Shown in pieces: positions 1-10,777 of a stretch of 64,000 bases of DNA. How positions within the stretch are numbered: the first letter of the stretch is position 1; the number at the start of each line of letters is the position of its first letter. The stretch spans positions 9,382 through 73,381 of the forward strand of contig PKTL01000069.1 of NCBI GenBank assembly GCA_002867475.1. Reading direction: 5' to 3'. The position numbers and the translations under genes were made by a program. The stretch comes from Candidatus Woesearchaeota archaeon. GTDB lineage: Archaea > Nanobdellota > Nanobdellia > Woesearchaeales > BM511. The notes under the pieces were generated by a model that searched no databases, had not been told where the DNA came from, and saw only the letters and a list, made by a program, of their open reading frames with translations.

Positions 1-60
1 TTTTCAAATCCCTAATTTATACTCAAAATAAAACAAGAAAAAAACATTTTGGAGGAAAAA

Positions 61-1344
61 ATGGCAGAAAAAACACATATAAACTTAGTATTCATCGGTC
101 ACGTTGACCACGGAAAATCAACATCTGTAGGACGACTTATGTTTGACGCTGGTAACATCGATGAACAGACAATGAGAAAACTAAAAGATAAAGCAGCTCA
201 ACTAGGAAAAGCAGGTTTCGAATTCGCATACGTTATGGATAACCTAAAAGAAGAGCAAGAAAGAGGAGTAACAATCGACCTAGCTCACAAAAAGTTCGAA
301 ACAGATAAGTATTATTTTACAATAATCGACGCTCCAGGACACAAGGACTTTATCAAGAATATGATTACAGGAGCATCACAAGCTGACGCAGCAGTTCTAG
401 TAGTAGCAGCAAACGATGGAATCAACGCACAAACAAAAGAACACGTATTCTTAAGTAAAACACTAGGTGTTGGACAAATGATTGTGGCTATCAACAAGAT
501 GGACTTACAAGACCACGCAGAAGCAAGATTCAATACAGTAAAAGACGAAGTTGGAAAACTACTAGCATCAGTAGGATTCAAAGTTGACGAAGTAACATTC
601 ATCCCAGTAGCGAGCCTACACGGAGAAAACATCGTAAATAAATCAGACAAGATGCCTTGGTACACAGGACCAGTTCTATTAGAAGCAATCAACGCTCTAA
701 AAGAACCAGAAAAACCAACAGACCTACCTCTAAGATTCCCAGTACAGGATGTATACAACATCACAGGAATTGGAGTAGTACCAGTAGGGAGAGTTGAAAC
801 AGGAGTTCTAAAACCAGGAGACAAGATTGTAGCAGTTCCAGGAAGAGAAGGAAAACAAATATCTGCAGAAGTAAAAACTGTAGAGATGCACCACGAACAG
901 TTAAAACAAGCTATCCCTGGAGACAATGTAGGACTATCATGTAAAGGATTCGGTAAAAAAGACCTTGCAAGAGGAGATGTTATCGGACACCCAGACAGTG
1001 TACCTACAGTAGCTGACGAATTCGAAGCACAAATCGTAGTATTGAACCACCCAAGTGTAATCACAGTTGGATACACACCTGTAGTTCACTTGCACACAGC
1101 TCAAGTAGCTATGAGTTTCATAGAAATTGTTAAGAAGATGGATCCAAAATCAGGACAGGAAGTAACAGAAAACAAAGATATCTTAAGAAATGGAGATGCA
1201 GCAATTGTTAAACTAAAACCTGTTCAACCAGTAGTAATTGAAGAAGTTGGGAAAATCCCACAAATGAGCCGATTCGCTATTAGAGATTCAGGTTCAACAG
1301 TTGCAGCTGGAATGGCTAAATCAATTAAACCAAAACCAATGTAA
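61..1344 (+). CDS. tuf: Translation elongation factor EF-1alpha
   Basis: [14 protein letters not shown] and NKMD GTPase motifs; archaeal-type sequence; ATG at 61 after GGAGG. Confidence 0.98.
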   Translation: MAEKTHINLVFIGHVDHGKSTSVGRLMFDAGNIDEQTMRKLKDKAAQLGKAGFEFAYVMDNLKEEQERGVTIDLAHKKFETDKYYFTIIDAPGHKDFIKNMITGASQADAAVLVVAANDGINAQTKEHVFLSKTLGVGQMIVAINKMDLQDHAEARFNTVKDEVGKLLASVGFKVDEVTFIPVASLHGENIVNKSDKMPWYTGPVLLEAINALKEPEKPTDLPLRFPVQDVYNITGIGVVPVGRVETGVLKPGDKIVAVPGREGKQISAEVKTVEMHHEQLKQAIPGDNVGLSCKGFGKKDLARGDVIGHPDSVPTVADEFEAQIVVLNHPSVITVGYTPVVHLHTAQVAMSFIEIVKKMDPKSGQEVTENKDILRNGDAAIVKLKPVQPVVIEEVGKIPQMSRFAIRDSGSTVAAGMAKSIKPKPM

Positions 1345-1442
1345 GTAGATTTTTCTACTTTCTTTTTTTATTATTAATTCTTCTTTAACATTCTTATATC
1401 AAAAGATTTATATAGCATTAGACATCATTTATATTAAAAAAG

Positions 1443-1760
1443 GTGACAATTATGGATAAAGAGGATTTAAGCATCATAATTCTAAATGAGAAGATAGATC
1501 TTATGAAAAGTGAGTTAGAAGAAAACAAGCTATATCTTGAGTTATGTTTTGTTGCTTTACTTATAATCATCTTTGGTTATTTCAAGACAGAACTTGGTCA
1601 ACAAGCGATTTCTAGTGCATCAACAGTTGGGCTTACTATGATAGTTATAGTTCTTGGATTATATGTTGGTATCGTATACTTTTTTTATTCAGTAATCATG
1701 ATAAATAATAAGAATAAGAAATTGATAAATGAAAAGATTGATTTCTTATCAAAGAAATGA
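1443..1760 (+). CDS. Hypothetical two-TM membrane protein
   Basis: ORF with two hydrophobic segments; layout similar to 1893-2204. Confidence 0.6.
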   Translation: MTIMDKEDLSIIILNEKIDLMKSELEENKLYLELCFVALLIIIFGYFKTELGQQAISSASTVGLTMIVIVLGLYVGIVYFFYSVIMINNKNKKLINEKIDFLSKK

Positions 1761-1915
1761 AAAGAAAAGTAGCTATAATACTAATATTATTAGCTGTAGC
1801 AAACATGATTTTGTATGCTGCAAAAAAGATAAATGATCTTACTTTTTGGTTAATGATATTATTGTTATTTATAATAGCTAAATATTTTTACAATGACAAA
1901 AGAAGAAAGAGATGA
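1757..1915 (+). CDS. Small hydrophobic protein (about 52 aa)
   Basis: Read manually; ATGA overlap with the upstream ORF; not in the ORF track. Confidence 0.4.
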   Translation: MKRKVAIILILLAVANMILYAAKKINDLTFWLMILLLFIIAKYFYNDKRRKR

Positions 1916-2204
1916 AATTGACGCGAAGCTTCAACTTTTAAACCATGAGTTATCTGAATCCAGGACTTATTTTAAAGTAGCTTTAGCAACATTATTACTT
2001 ATACTTTTAGCTTTTTTTACTGAGAAAAGTTTCTTATCATACCTTATGGAAAATAAGGTTTTTGCAGTATTTATACTTGTTGTAATCACTTTATTGGTTA
2101 TGTCGCTTGTGTATTTATTGACAAACATATTTCTCTTCAACAAGCATGATAAAGATGAGCTTAATGAAGACGAGAAAGATTCCAATAGAGATTGGACAGA
2201 ATAA
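1893..2204 (+). CDS. Hypothetical two-TM membrane protein
   Basis: ORF with two hydrophobic segments. Confidence 0.6.
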   Translation: MTKEERDEIDAKLQLLNHELSESRTYFKVALATLLLILLAFFTEKSFLSYLMENKVFAVFILVVITLLVMSLVYLLTNIFLFNKHDKDELNEDEKDSNRDWTE

Positions 2205-2207
2205 TCC

Positions 2208-2708
2208 TTAATCTAATTCCATTAAAATTTCTGAAATATTTTTAGAATAATAGATCTTTTCTGCAAAAGCAGGGTCTAAATTAAGGAAACCATCAATTAT
2301 CTGACTGCTTCCGTGAAGATATAAAAGGGGTGTATTATAGTCATTAACAGCAACTATAGATTCTGTTAAAGTTCCTGTTCCTCCTGTCAATGCTAATATT
2401 TTATCTCCTTCTCTTAATTGAAGAATATTTCTTACAGGATAATCTTCATTTGTATAGATTGGTTTATCAGGTTCAACCAATACTTTTTCTCCTATTGATT
2501 CCATTTTATCAAGATCTGGGTAGAATCCTATGAATTGATTTCCTCCAGCTTCCTTGTAATGCTTTGCGACCAAGCCTTGAATACCTGAACTAGGTGAAGC
2601 AACAAGAGAATGTTTTCTTTTTGCAAGATATTTACCAACTATCTGAGCATCTAATTCAAACTGTTTGGAAATGGATTCATTCCAGGTACCTATAACTAGA
2701 ACTTTCAT
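2208..2708 (-). CDS. LOG/SLOG-family nucleotide-binding protein
   Basis: N-terminal Rossmann-like strand, GGTGTLTE motif. Confidence 0.7.
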   Translation of the reverse strand: MKVLVIGTWNESISKQFELDAQIVGKYLAKRKHSLVASPSSGIQGLVAKHYKEAGGNQFIGFYPDLDKMESIGEKVLVEPDKPIYTNEDYPVRNILQLREGDKILALTGGTGTLTESIVAVNDYNTPLLYLHGSSQIIDGFLNLDPAFAEKIYYSKNISEILMELD

Positions 2709-2750
2709 TGTAAATAAAAAAATAAAAAGTTTAGAGAATTATTTCTCTAA

Positions 2751-3938
2751 TTATTCTTCTGTTTCTCCGTTGATGAATATTGGAGCTCTGTTCTTGTTCA
2801 ATACTGTAACTTTTACATGTTGGAATGTGTTATGTGTTTCATCACTTACAGTTATTGTAACAATATATTCTCCTTCATCATCATAGGTTGTTGTGTATGT
2901 GCTTGAAGTCATCCAACCTGAATATCTAAGTGTGATGTCATCACCATCAGGGTCATATGCTATCGGAGTGAATCTTACTGTGTCTCCTTCTTCAACAACC
3001 ATGTCTTCGACTTCTTCAAGAATTGGTGCTTTATTAGCCGGTAATACTTCAACTTCAAAGCTTGCAACGGTTTCATCAACACCATCATATGCTGTGACTG
3101 TGAATTCTGTAATTCCTTCATCTCCAATCTCTGTCATCCATTCACCATTCTCATCTAGAGGTGCACCAAATTCAACTGTTACATCGTCACCGTCAGGATC
3201 ATATGTTTCAATATCAACTGATAAGGTTTCACCTTCAACGAGAACTAAATCTGAAGTAATATTTACTGACGCAGGTCTGTTCACATTATTTATTATTACT
3301 GTAAATGTTTCAGAAACCTTCTCTTTTCCATCGTCTCCAGTTATTGTGACTTCATATATTCCTGCTGATTCATAGTCTAAAGGATATCTTGATCCATAAT
3401 CCCATCCTTCGATGGTATAGACAACTTCGTCCCCATCTTCATCTGTGATGTTGAAAGGGAGTACCATGTTTGTTCCTTCATCAAAATGTGTTGGATCTTC
3501 CATCATAATTATAGGTAGTGCATTTCTTTGAAGAATCTGTATCACTATTTCTTTTGATACTGTTTCGAATCCGTCGCTTGCAAGAACTAAAGTTCTATAG
3601 AACCCGGCATCTCCATCTTCAGTTTGCCAAATCCCATCATCTGTAAAAGGTGATGAGAAATTATATGTTACTATATCTCCATCAGGATCTATTGCTGTGA
3701 CATTAAGGTCTATAAGATCGCCTTCTGTGTATATCAAATTGACTTCAGACTCATTTATTGTCTCGTTCAAATCGACTTTTATTTCTTCAATCTGCTTTTG
3801 CATTTCCATTTCGCAGATGCTTGTAATGTTATCTTTTGGTATGCATATCACTTCACTGTCTTCATTAAAACTAACGTCTTTACATCCTGCAAAGAGCATA
3901 AGTGTGATTGCAATAAGAATTAATGATATTTTCTTCAT
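2751..3938 (-). CDS. Surface (lipo)protein with tandem Ig/cadherin-like repeats
   Basis: Signal peptide with FAGC lipobox; repeated D[P/E]DGD and N..P motifs; acidic. Confidence 0.75.
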   Translation of the reverse strand: MKKISLILIAITLMLFAGCKDVSFNEDSEVICIPKDNITSICEMEMQKQIEEIKVDLNETINESEVNLIYTEGDLIDLNVTAIDPDGDIVTYNFSSPFTDDGIWQTEDGDAGFYRTLVLASDGFETVSKEIVIQILQRNALPIIMMEDPTHFDEGTNMVLPFNITDEDGDEVVYTIEGWDYGSRYPLDYESAGIYEVTITGDDGKEKVSETFTVIINNVNRPASVNITSDLVLVEGETLSVDIETYDPDGDDVTVEFGAPLDENGEWMTEIGDEGITEFTVTAYDGVDETVASFEVEVLPANKAPILEEVEDMVVEEGDTVRFTPIAYDPDGDDITLRYSGWMTSSTYTTTYDDEGEYIVTITVSDETHNTFQHVKVTVLNKNRAPIFINGETEE

Positions 3939-4133
3939 CTTTTTACCACCCTATATTGATTTTGTTTTTATTTTATAGTAATTAAACTTTGTTGTTATTT
4001 CATAATAATTAAATTATTTATAAATCTTGCTATTAAATTTATCTTAATGTCAATAAAATAACTAATCTCATTTATTTCTAAAAGTTTATGAAAGCCTATC
4101 ATATTTAAATATTGATGCAAATCCTTTAAATAT

Positions 4134-4514
4134 ATGAGAAGGGAAATGCCTCAATTAAATGAAGATGATATATCTTATGATTATGTTAATGAGTATGGGT
4201 ATTTATATGGATTAATCACATTATTGAAAAAAGAAGATGTTGATAAATCCAAGATTTCAAGAATTTATGAGGTTTCTGAAGAGGAATATGTATTTAGTAA
4301 GGCTCCAATGTTTTTAACATATACTGAAAGGTATGACACTGCAGATTTCTTTTTCACTATCAATGATAAAAATAGAGAAATAATTGAAAAATTAGATGAT
4401 ATAGCAATTAAAATAAGAAACCATATTGGTGATAAAGGGACTGATTTGGATTATTTAGCAAATCTTTTGAATGAAAGTAATTATTTAATAAAAAAAGAAT
4501 ATTTAAGATTTTAG
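4134..4514 (+). CDS. Hypothetical protein
   Basis: 126-aa ORF with upstream TTTAAATA box. Confidence 0.55.
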   Translation: MRREMPQLNEDDISYDYVNEYGYLYGLITLLKKEDVDKSKISRIYEVSEEEYVFSKAPMFLTYTERYDTADFFFTINDKNREIIEKLDDIAIKIRNHIGDKGTDLDYLANLLNESNYLIKKEYLRF

Positions 4515-4879
4515 AAATCATCATCGAAATCATCGATTTCTTTAAGAAGTCCTTTTTGTCTAAGGACATGAACCTGATTAGGCTTATACTTGAAGATTAT
4601 ATCTCCTTTCTCATCTCCTGAAAATTCCCAAGGTTCAATAAGAACAATATTTCCTTCTCTAACCCATAAACTTCTTTTTAGTCTTCCAGGGATTCGGCAC
4701 ACTCTAACTTTCCCATCAAAGCATCTAATTCGGCACCTTGACCCACCAAGCCTTTGTTCAAGAACACCAAGAACTTGATTATTCCTAGGAAGTCTTACCC
4801 TCCTTATATCTTCTTGTTCTCTTAGCCTTTTAGCTTCAAGTTCAGCCTTTTGTTTTTTTGTTAGATGTTCATCTGCCAT
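4511..4879 (-). CDS. eif1a: Translation initiation factor aIF-1A
   Basis: RLGGSR..CFDGK.R.CRIPGRLK..WVREG motif. Confidence 0.95.
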   Translation of the reverse strand: MADEHLTKKQKAELEAKRLREQEDIRRVRLPRNNQVLGVLEQRLGGSRCRIRCFDGKVRVCRIPGRLKRSLWVREGNIVLIEPWEFSGDEKGDIIFKYKPNQVHVLRQKGLLKEIDDFDDDF

Positions 4880-4960
4880 TTAATAGTGGAGAAAAAGAGG
4901 ATGTTTATAAAACCTTTGATTTCAATAGATTTAAATAAAATTAGACTATAATATCTTTTT

Positions 4961-5302
4961 ATGGGAACCTTATTATTTATTATAATCTTGTTGATTGGTT
5001 TAGCTATTAGTGCTTTGCCATTAAATATAGCTGTACATCTTCTTGGAGGAGATAGTAGCACCATAAAAGTTATAATTGTTAATATTTCTGTAGGTATAGT
5101 TGCTGCATTGATAAATGTGTATGTTAATGTTTATGCAGGCATCGTAGCTTTTATCGCAATGCTTTTCATATATAAGGTTGCTTTTGATCTAGGCTGGATA
5201 AGAGCATTTTTTGCATGGATACTTCAAGGAATCATATTGGCGCTGTTAATATTAGGTCTTATTTTAGTATTTGGTGCAGGAGTATTGACAACATTATTAT
5301 GA
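4961..5302 (+). CDS. Hypothetical membrane protein
   Basis: Highly hydrophobic 113-aa ORF. Confidence 0.65.
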   Translation: MGTLLFIIILLIGLAISALPLNIAVHLLGGDSSTIKVIIVNISVGIVAALINVYVNVYAGIVAFIAMLFIYKVAFDLGWIRAFFAWILQGIILALLILGLILVFGAGVLTTLL

Positions 5303-5340
5303 TATAACTTTTATTTAGAAGTAATTTATTGTTAATTTGA

Positions 5341-5880
5341 TTATTTAACTTTGATCTCTTTGACAAGTTCATCAATCCTAGTTTTTAAGAATTCAATAGT
5401 TCGAGAATTATCTTGTTGATTCATCAGTTCTCCACATTCAGGACATTTAAATTCAAAGTCTACTGCTTTTTCAAACGGCATCCTAGTACATGCGTTCTTG
5501 CACATGAAAAATTGATTATCTTCTTCTTTATGGAGCCTTTCATTAAGTTTTTCTAATTTCGCCTTTTTTTCTTTCATGTAGGCATGATTGATGTTTTCTG
5601 GGTGGTATGTCCAATAGCAAATGTACCAACCTTTGATCTTATCTTTTTTTCTTATGAATGTGGCTATATTGTTATCTAGGAGTCTATAAAGAAGTGTTCT
5701 TGTTTGGTGTATTTCAATATTTAATTTTTCAGCGATTATAAATTCAGATATGTCTTTTTTGCCTTTTAGATATTCAATTATCTTAAGTCCTTCTTCGCCT
5801 GTTAGGTCACCTACAAGCTCTTCCTCTATCTGTTTTTCATCTTTCATTGTTGCTAAAATATTATCTGTTGATTTTTCCAT
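5341..5880 (-). CDS. tfe: Transcription factor E (TFE alpha)
   Basis: Winged helix (R.LLY.L...GWY..YW) plus Zn ribbon (F.CPECG). Confidence 0.92.
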   Translation of the reverse strand: MEKSTDNILATMKDEKQIEEELVGDLTGEEGLKIIEYLKGKKDISEFIIAEKLNIEIHQTRTLLYRLLDNNIATFIRKKDKIKGWYICYWTYHPENINHAYMKEKKAKLEKLNERLHKEEDNQFFMCKNACTRMPFEKAVDFEFKCPECGELMNQQDNSRTIEFLKTRIDELVKEIKVK

Positions 5881-6149
5881 TTTTAAACATTTCCTTTATG
5901 TTCCAAAACAGGTTATTTTTTTGGGTATCTGGTCGAGAATACCTCTTTTTGTATTCCCAAAAACATCTTGCAAAGTTTTTTTTCTTTTGTTCTTTTTATA
6001 AACTTTGCTGAAATGTTGTTTATTACTGTATAATAGTAAATATATAAATCTATCGGTTTTTCAAATTAAAAGTGACAAAATCTTATTGATCACAATAATG
6101 TTTAAAATTATCTAAAGATTTATAAATTCTTAATCGAAATATATCCTAT

Positions 6150-7085
6150 ATGGGGAAATTATTAAAGAAAGATGATTTGAACAGGTTCCTCTACAAATTG
6201 AAACAAAGAGGTGAACTTATAGCTCCAACAAAAGAAAATTCTATTAGTTTTCAAACCATAAAAGACATAAAAAGAATATATTTAGAAGAAATTCCTAATT
6301 TTAGTGCAAAAAAATACTTTTTACCATCAAAATAAGAAATATTATCTTATGAATCACAAAAAGCTTCTCAAGGACCTAAACTTAAAGAAAGAATAATTTT
6401 CGGAATGAGATTATGTGACCTCAACGCTGTTTTAAGGATGGATTCATTATTTCTAGATCCAAAAAATGAAGATTGTTTATATAAGGACAAAAGAAAAAAC
6501 ACAATAATGATTGGTTATAACTGTAAAGAACCAGGACCTTACTGCTTTTGTGATTCTATGGGATTAGAAAATTATCATGATCTCTTTTTCTATGATATGG
6601 GTGAATTTTATTATATCGATGTTGGAAGTGAAAGAGGTATGAAATTAGTGTCAAGACTAAAAGATTATGATTACAAACCTCCTCAAATAAAGTGCGAAAA
6701 GACATTAAATAAGAAATTATTCCTTAAACACTTCAAAAATCCTATTTGGGAAAAATTATCAAAAAACTGCTTAAGTTGTGGAAGATGCAATCTTTTATGC
6801 CCAACTTGTTACTGTTTTACAGTCGAAGATAAACCAGATATGACTCTTACAAAAGGCATAAGAACAAGGGAATGGGACAGTTGTCAATTCAAAGATTTTA
6901 CAAAAGTAGCAGGGGGCTTTGTTTTTAGGGACAAAAGAACTGAAAGACTAAAGCATAGAATATATCATAAATTATTATATTATAGACAAAGATTCAATAA
7001 AGATATGTGTGTCGGATGTGGAAAATGCATCGAACACTGTCCAACAAAGATAGATTTCGTTGAAGCGATAAACAAGATCAAATAA
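6150..7085 (+). pseudogene. hydB: Group 3b hydrogenase beta (4Fe-4S) subunit interrupted by an in-frame TAA at 6333-6335
   Basis: ORFs 6150-6335 and 6405-7085 are in the same frame with one stop between them; CLSCGRC..LCPTCYC and CVGCGKC..HCP motifs. Confidence 0.8.
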
Positions 7086-7086
7086 A

Positions 7087-7914
7087 ATGCCACATACAAA
7101 ATTAAATAAGCTATTAAAACCTGTAAAAAATCTTTATCTTCCAAAAGAAGCAAAGATAGAAAGTGTAGAGAAATTCACAAAAGATACATATCTATTCAAA
7201 GTAAAAAATGTATTAGACCAAAAGATACTTCCCGGCCAATTTATAGAAGTCAGCATATTTGGAATGGGTGAATCTCCAATTAGCGTATGTAGTTATAATG
7301 ATAATCAAATAGAGCTTTTAGTAAGGGATGTTGGAAATGTAACAAGCCATATTTGTAGGTTAAAAGCAAAAGAAAAGATGATGCTAAGAGGTCCGTATGG
7401 TAGAGGATATCCTATGGACGAATTGAAAAATGCCAATATTGTAGTTATTTCGGGAGGGACCGGCACTGCGCCTCCTAGAAGTGTTATCCAATACATTCAA
7501 AAACATAGAAATGACTATAAAGACCTAAACATTTTTTTAGGATTTAGATCGCCAGAAGACATTCTTTTTTCAAAGGATCTATCTAAATGGGAAAAGGAAT
7601 TCAAGACAAAAGTAATAGTCGATAAAGGGAATCCGTCTTGGCAAGGAGAAACAGGTATGATAACTGACCTGTTAGATAAATATAAATTTCCTAAAAAACC
7701 AAAATTTGTGTTATGTGGTCCGCCCATAATGATAAAATTCGTCACTGAAAAGCTTATAAAACATAATTATCCAGAAACAGATATTTATGTAAGTTTTGAA
7801 AGAAATATGAAATGTGGTGTTGGAAAATGCGGACATTGTATGATACATGGGAGATATGTGTGTACTGATGGGCCAGTATTTAGATATGATCTAGCAAAAA
7901 AATTCACTGAATAA
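7087..7914 (+). CDS. hydG: Hydrogenase gamma subunit (FAD/NAD(P)-binding, 2Fe-2S)
   Basis: PGQF, RGPYG, GGTG, CGPP, MKCGVGKCGHC motifs. Confidence 0.9.
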   Translation: MPHTKLNKLLKPVKNLYLPKEAKIESVEKFTKDTYLFKVKNVLDQKILPGQFIEVSIFGMGESPISVCSYNDNQIELLVRDVGNVTSHICRLKAKEKMMLRGPYGRGYPMDELKNANIVVISGGTGTAPPRSVIQYIQKHRNDYKDLNIFLGFRSPEDILFSKDLSKWEKEFKTKVIVDKGNPSWQGETGMITDLLDKYKFPKKPKFVLCGPPIMIKFVTEKLIKHNYPETDIYVSFERNMKCGVGKCGHCMIHGRYVCTDGPVFRYDLAKKFTE

Positions 7915-7942
7915 AAATCAATAAATAATAATTTGAAGAAAA

Positions 7943-8695
7943 ATGAAACCAAAAGTTGCAATACATAGCATAACCGGATGTGCAGGATGCCAATTGACAA
8001 TTTATTTTTTGCAAGACCATTTACTTGACCTACTTTCTAAAATTGACCTTGTTGCTGCACCAATGATTCAATCAAAAAACAGCAAAGGTCCTTATGATAT
8101 CTGTTTTTTAGAAGGAAGTGTTTCCTCCGAAGAAGATCTTGAAAAAGCAAAAGAATATAGGGAAAAGTCAACAGTACTTATAGCATTTGGAACTTGTGCA
8201 GCGTTTGGAAACATGCAAAGTAGTCTAAAATATCATCCTAAAAAGAAAGATATACCTAAAAAAATATATAAAAATGTGGACCATTTAAAGATTGTTGAAT
8301 CTACAAGATTATGTGATCATATAGATATAGATTATACAATTCCTGGATGTCCACCTGATAAAAATGAAGTTTTTAAGTTCATCAAAGACCTTTTGCTTGA
8401 AAAAAAACCATCATTAACAACAAATCCTGTATGTTATTATTGCACGTTGAATGAAAATAATTGCTTGATAGAACAAGGAGTGCCTTGTCTTGGACCTATT
8501 ACCAATGGGGGTTGCAAAGCACTATGCCCTACTAATAATCATGGATGTACTGGTTGTAGAGGACCCATAGATGATATGAATTACACTGCACAAAAAGCTC
8601 TTTTGAAACGAATAGGTGTGAGTGAAGAAGTATTTATACAGAAAGTACAAAAGTTTGCACCGAAAAGATTCGATGAACTTATAAAACGGTTTTAA
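7943..8695 (+). CDS. hydD: [NiFe]-hydrogenase small (delta) subunit, copy 1
   Basis: GCAGC, GTCA, IPGCPP, C-terminal Cys cluster. Confidence 0.9.
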   Translation: MKPKVAIHSITGCAGCQLTIYFLQDHLLDLLSKIDLVAAPMIQSKNSKGPYDICFLEGSVSSEEDLEKAKEYREKSTVLIAFGTCAAFGNMQSSLKYHPKKKDIPKKIYKNVDHLKIVESTRLCDHIDIDYTIPGCPPDKNEVFKFIKDLLLEKKPSLTTNPVCYYCTLNENNCLIEQGVPCLGPITNGGCKALCPTNNHGCTGCRGPIDDMNYTAQKALLKRIGVSEEVFIQKVQKFAPKRFDELIKRF

Positions 8696-8719
8696 CATAT
8701 AGAAATCAAACTAAATAAA

Positions 8720-10000
8720 ATGAGTAAAATAAAGCTAAACCACATATGCAAAATTGAAGGCCATGCCAATCTTGAATTAGAGATAGAAGGTAACACCATA
8801 AAAAAATGCCATTTAGAAGCGGCAGAAGGTGCAAGATTTTTCGAAGGAATAATTATTGGGAAAAAATATGATGAGATCACAGAAATAGTAAGTAGGATCT
8901 GTGGCATATGTAGTGTGGGACACACAGTAACAAGCCTAAAAACTATAGAGACAGCATTTGGGATAAATGTGACAAGACAAACCGAAGTTTTAAGAGAATT
9001 ATTAACTATGGGTGAAAGGATTAGAAGCCACGCAACACACCTATATTTTCTATGTTTGCCAGATTATACGGGGCATAGCAGTGCCATCGAAATGGCATCA
9101 AAATATAAAAAAGAAATAACTAGAGCCTTGAACTTAATAAAAACAGGCAATAAATTGGTTGAGATAATAGGTGGAAGAGAGATGCATCCGTTCACATCAG
9201 TCGTTGGAGGATTTACACGTTCAATTTCGGGTGAAGAAAAAAATAAATTACTGACAATGCTAAAACAAGCATCGTTAGATGCAGCAAAAACTTATGAATT
9301 ATTCTCTAAAATTGTATATCCTTCTTTTGAAAGATACAGAGAAAACATATCTTTAAAGCAATTTGATGGATTTCCATTATTAGAAGGAACTATAATATCT
9401 GATAAAGGAGTTTCTTTACAACCTGATAAGTATCAGGAATTCTTAAAGGAATCTTTCAATATATATTCAACAAGCAAATTTGCGCTGCGAGAAGGTAAGG
9501 AATTTATGGTTGGTGCACTTCCAAGAGTGAATAATAATTTTAAACTTTTATCAGGAAACTGTGAAAGGCTCATAAAGAAAAGTAGGATAAGATTCCCTAG
9601 CAAGAACCCTTTCCACAATCTTATTGCACAAAGTCTCGAATTGGTACATTGGATAGAACATGCTATAGATCTATTAAGCAGAACTGAGTTTTTCAATGAA
9701 GTCCCTGTGGAATTTAAACCTAAGAAATGCAAAGGGATAGCTGCTACGGAAGTTCCAAGAGGCATATTATATCACCATTATGAATTTGACAATAAAGGTT
9801 TTGTCACTAAATCAAATATAATAACTCCAACGGTTCAAAATCTTAAAACCATGGAAAAGGACATAAAAGAATTTGTTCCAAGCTTACTACATAAGAAAAA
9901 AGAAGAAATAATATTGGATATAGAAAAATTGATACGGGCATATGACCCTTGTTTTAGTTGTAGCACGCATTTTCTAAATGTAAATTGGAAAAGGAGTTAA
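8720..10000 (+). CDS. hydA: [NiFe]-hydrogenase large (alpha) subunit, copy 1
   Basis: L1 RICGICSVGH, L2 DPCFSCSTH with C-terminal extension. Confidence 0.95.
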   Translation: MSKIKLNHICKIEGHANLELEIEGNTIKKCHLEAAEGARFFEGIIIGKKYDEITEIVSRICGICSVGHTVTSLKTIETAFGINVTRQTEVLRELLTMGERIRSHATHLYFLCLPDYTGHSSAIEMASKYKKEITRALNLIKTGNKLVEIIGGREMHPFTSVVGGFTRSISGEEKNKLLTMLKQASLDAAKTYELFSKIVYPSFERYRENISLKQFDGFPLLEGTIISDKGVSLQPDKYQEFLKESFNIYSTSKFALREGKEFMVGALPRVNNNFKLLSGNCERLIKKSRIRFPSKNPFHNLIAQSLELVHWIEHAIDLLSRTEFFNEVPVEFKPKKCKGIAATEVPRGILYHHYEFDNKGFVTKSNIITPTVQNLKTMEKDIKEFVPSLLHKKKEEIILDIEKLIRAYDPCFSCSTHFLNVNWKRS

Positions 10001-10006
10001 AATATT

Positions 10007-10777
10007 ATGGGTAAGCAAAAAAAGAGGTTAGGGATATTTTCTCTCACATCTTGTGATGGTTGTCAGATAACTTTTCTTGATATGGATGAAGATTTTTTAG
10101 ATCTACTTGATAATTATGAAGTTATTGATTTTCCTCTTATAAAAGATGGAACTAATCTTTTTGAAGAAGTTGATATAGCTTTTGTAGAGGGAACTCCTGT
10201 AAACGATGAAGAAATAAAAACATTGCAGAAAATAAGAAAACTTTCAAAAAAATTAGTAGCTTTTGGTACTTGCGCAACTTTTGGTGGCGTCACAGCAATA
10301 AAAGATTTTAGTGATGATAAAATAAAAAAAGAAATAAAAAAAGATAATGAGTATCTAAATCTTCATGATAATATAAAAGGAATAGGTGACATTGTCAAAG
10401 TAGATGCATACATAAGAGGATGCCCACCAACAAAATTTGAGATAAAAAACTTGCTTCAAACCTTTTTAGATGGTAAAGAGATTGAACATAGAAAAAGTCC
10501 GGTATGTATCGAATGTAGAAAAAATGGAAATCCTTGCTTTTTGAAAGAAGGAATTGCTTGTATGGGAAGCATAACTTATAGTGGGTGTGATTCCATATGT
10601 ATTAATAATAAATTTCCTTGCTATGGGTGTAGGGGTCCAGTAGAGAAAGCAAACGCAGACAGCTTATTTCTAGTCCTAAAAAACAAGATAGGTATGAATG
10701 ATAAAGAAGTAAAAAATATGTTTATGCTTTATGCAGGAACCAATAAAAGATATTCAAATTTAATAAAAAATGGTTAA
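10007..10777 (+). CDS. hydD: [NiFe]-hydrogenase small subunit, copy 2
   Basis: SCDGC, GTCA, RGCPP, C-terminal Cys cluster. Confidence 0.9.
   Translation: MGKQKKRLGIFSLTSCDGCQITFLDMDEDFLDLLDNYEVIDFPLIKDGTNLFEEVDIAFVEGTPVNDEEIKTLQKIRKLSKKLVAFGTCATFGGVTAIKDFSDDKIKKEIKKDNEYLNLHDNIKGIGDIVKVDAYIRGCPPTKFEIKNLLQTFLDGKEIEHRKSPVCIECRKNGNPCFLKEGIACMGSITYSGCDSICINNKFPCYGCRGPVEKANADSLFLVLKNKIGMNDKEVKNMFMLYAGTNKRYSNLIKNG

Noticed and set aside
312-1076. Long antisense ORFs (also 2893-3375, 17906-18415, 38906-39418, 61353-61658)
   Set aside because: Shadows of well-supported genes on the opposite strand.
1345-1442. Absence of rps10 after tuf (and of the DUF359 gene between spt4 and rps24e)
   Set aside because: Operon rearrangement is common in reduced archaeal genomes and cannot be judged from one window.
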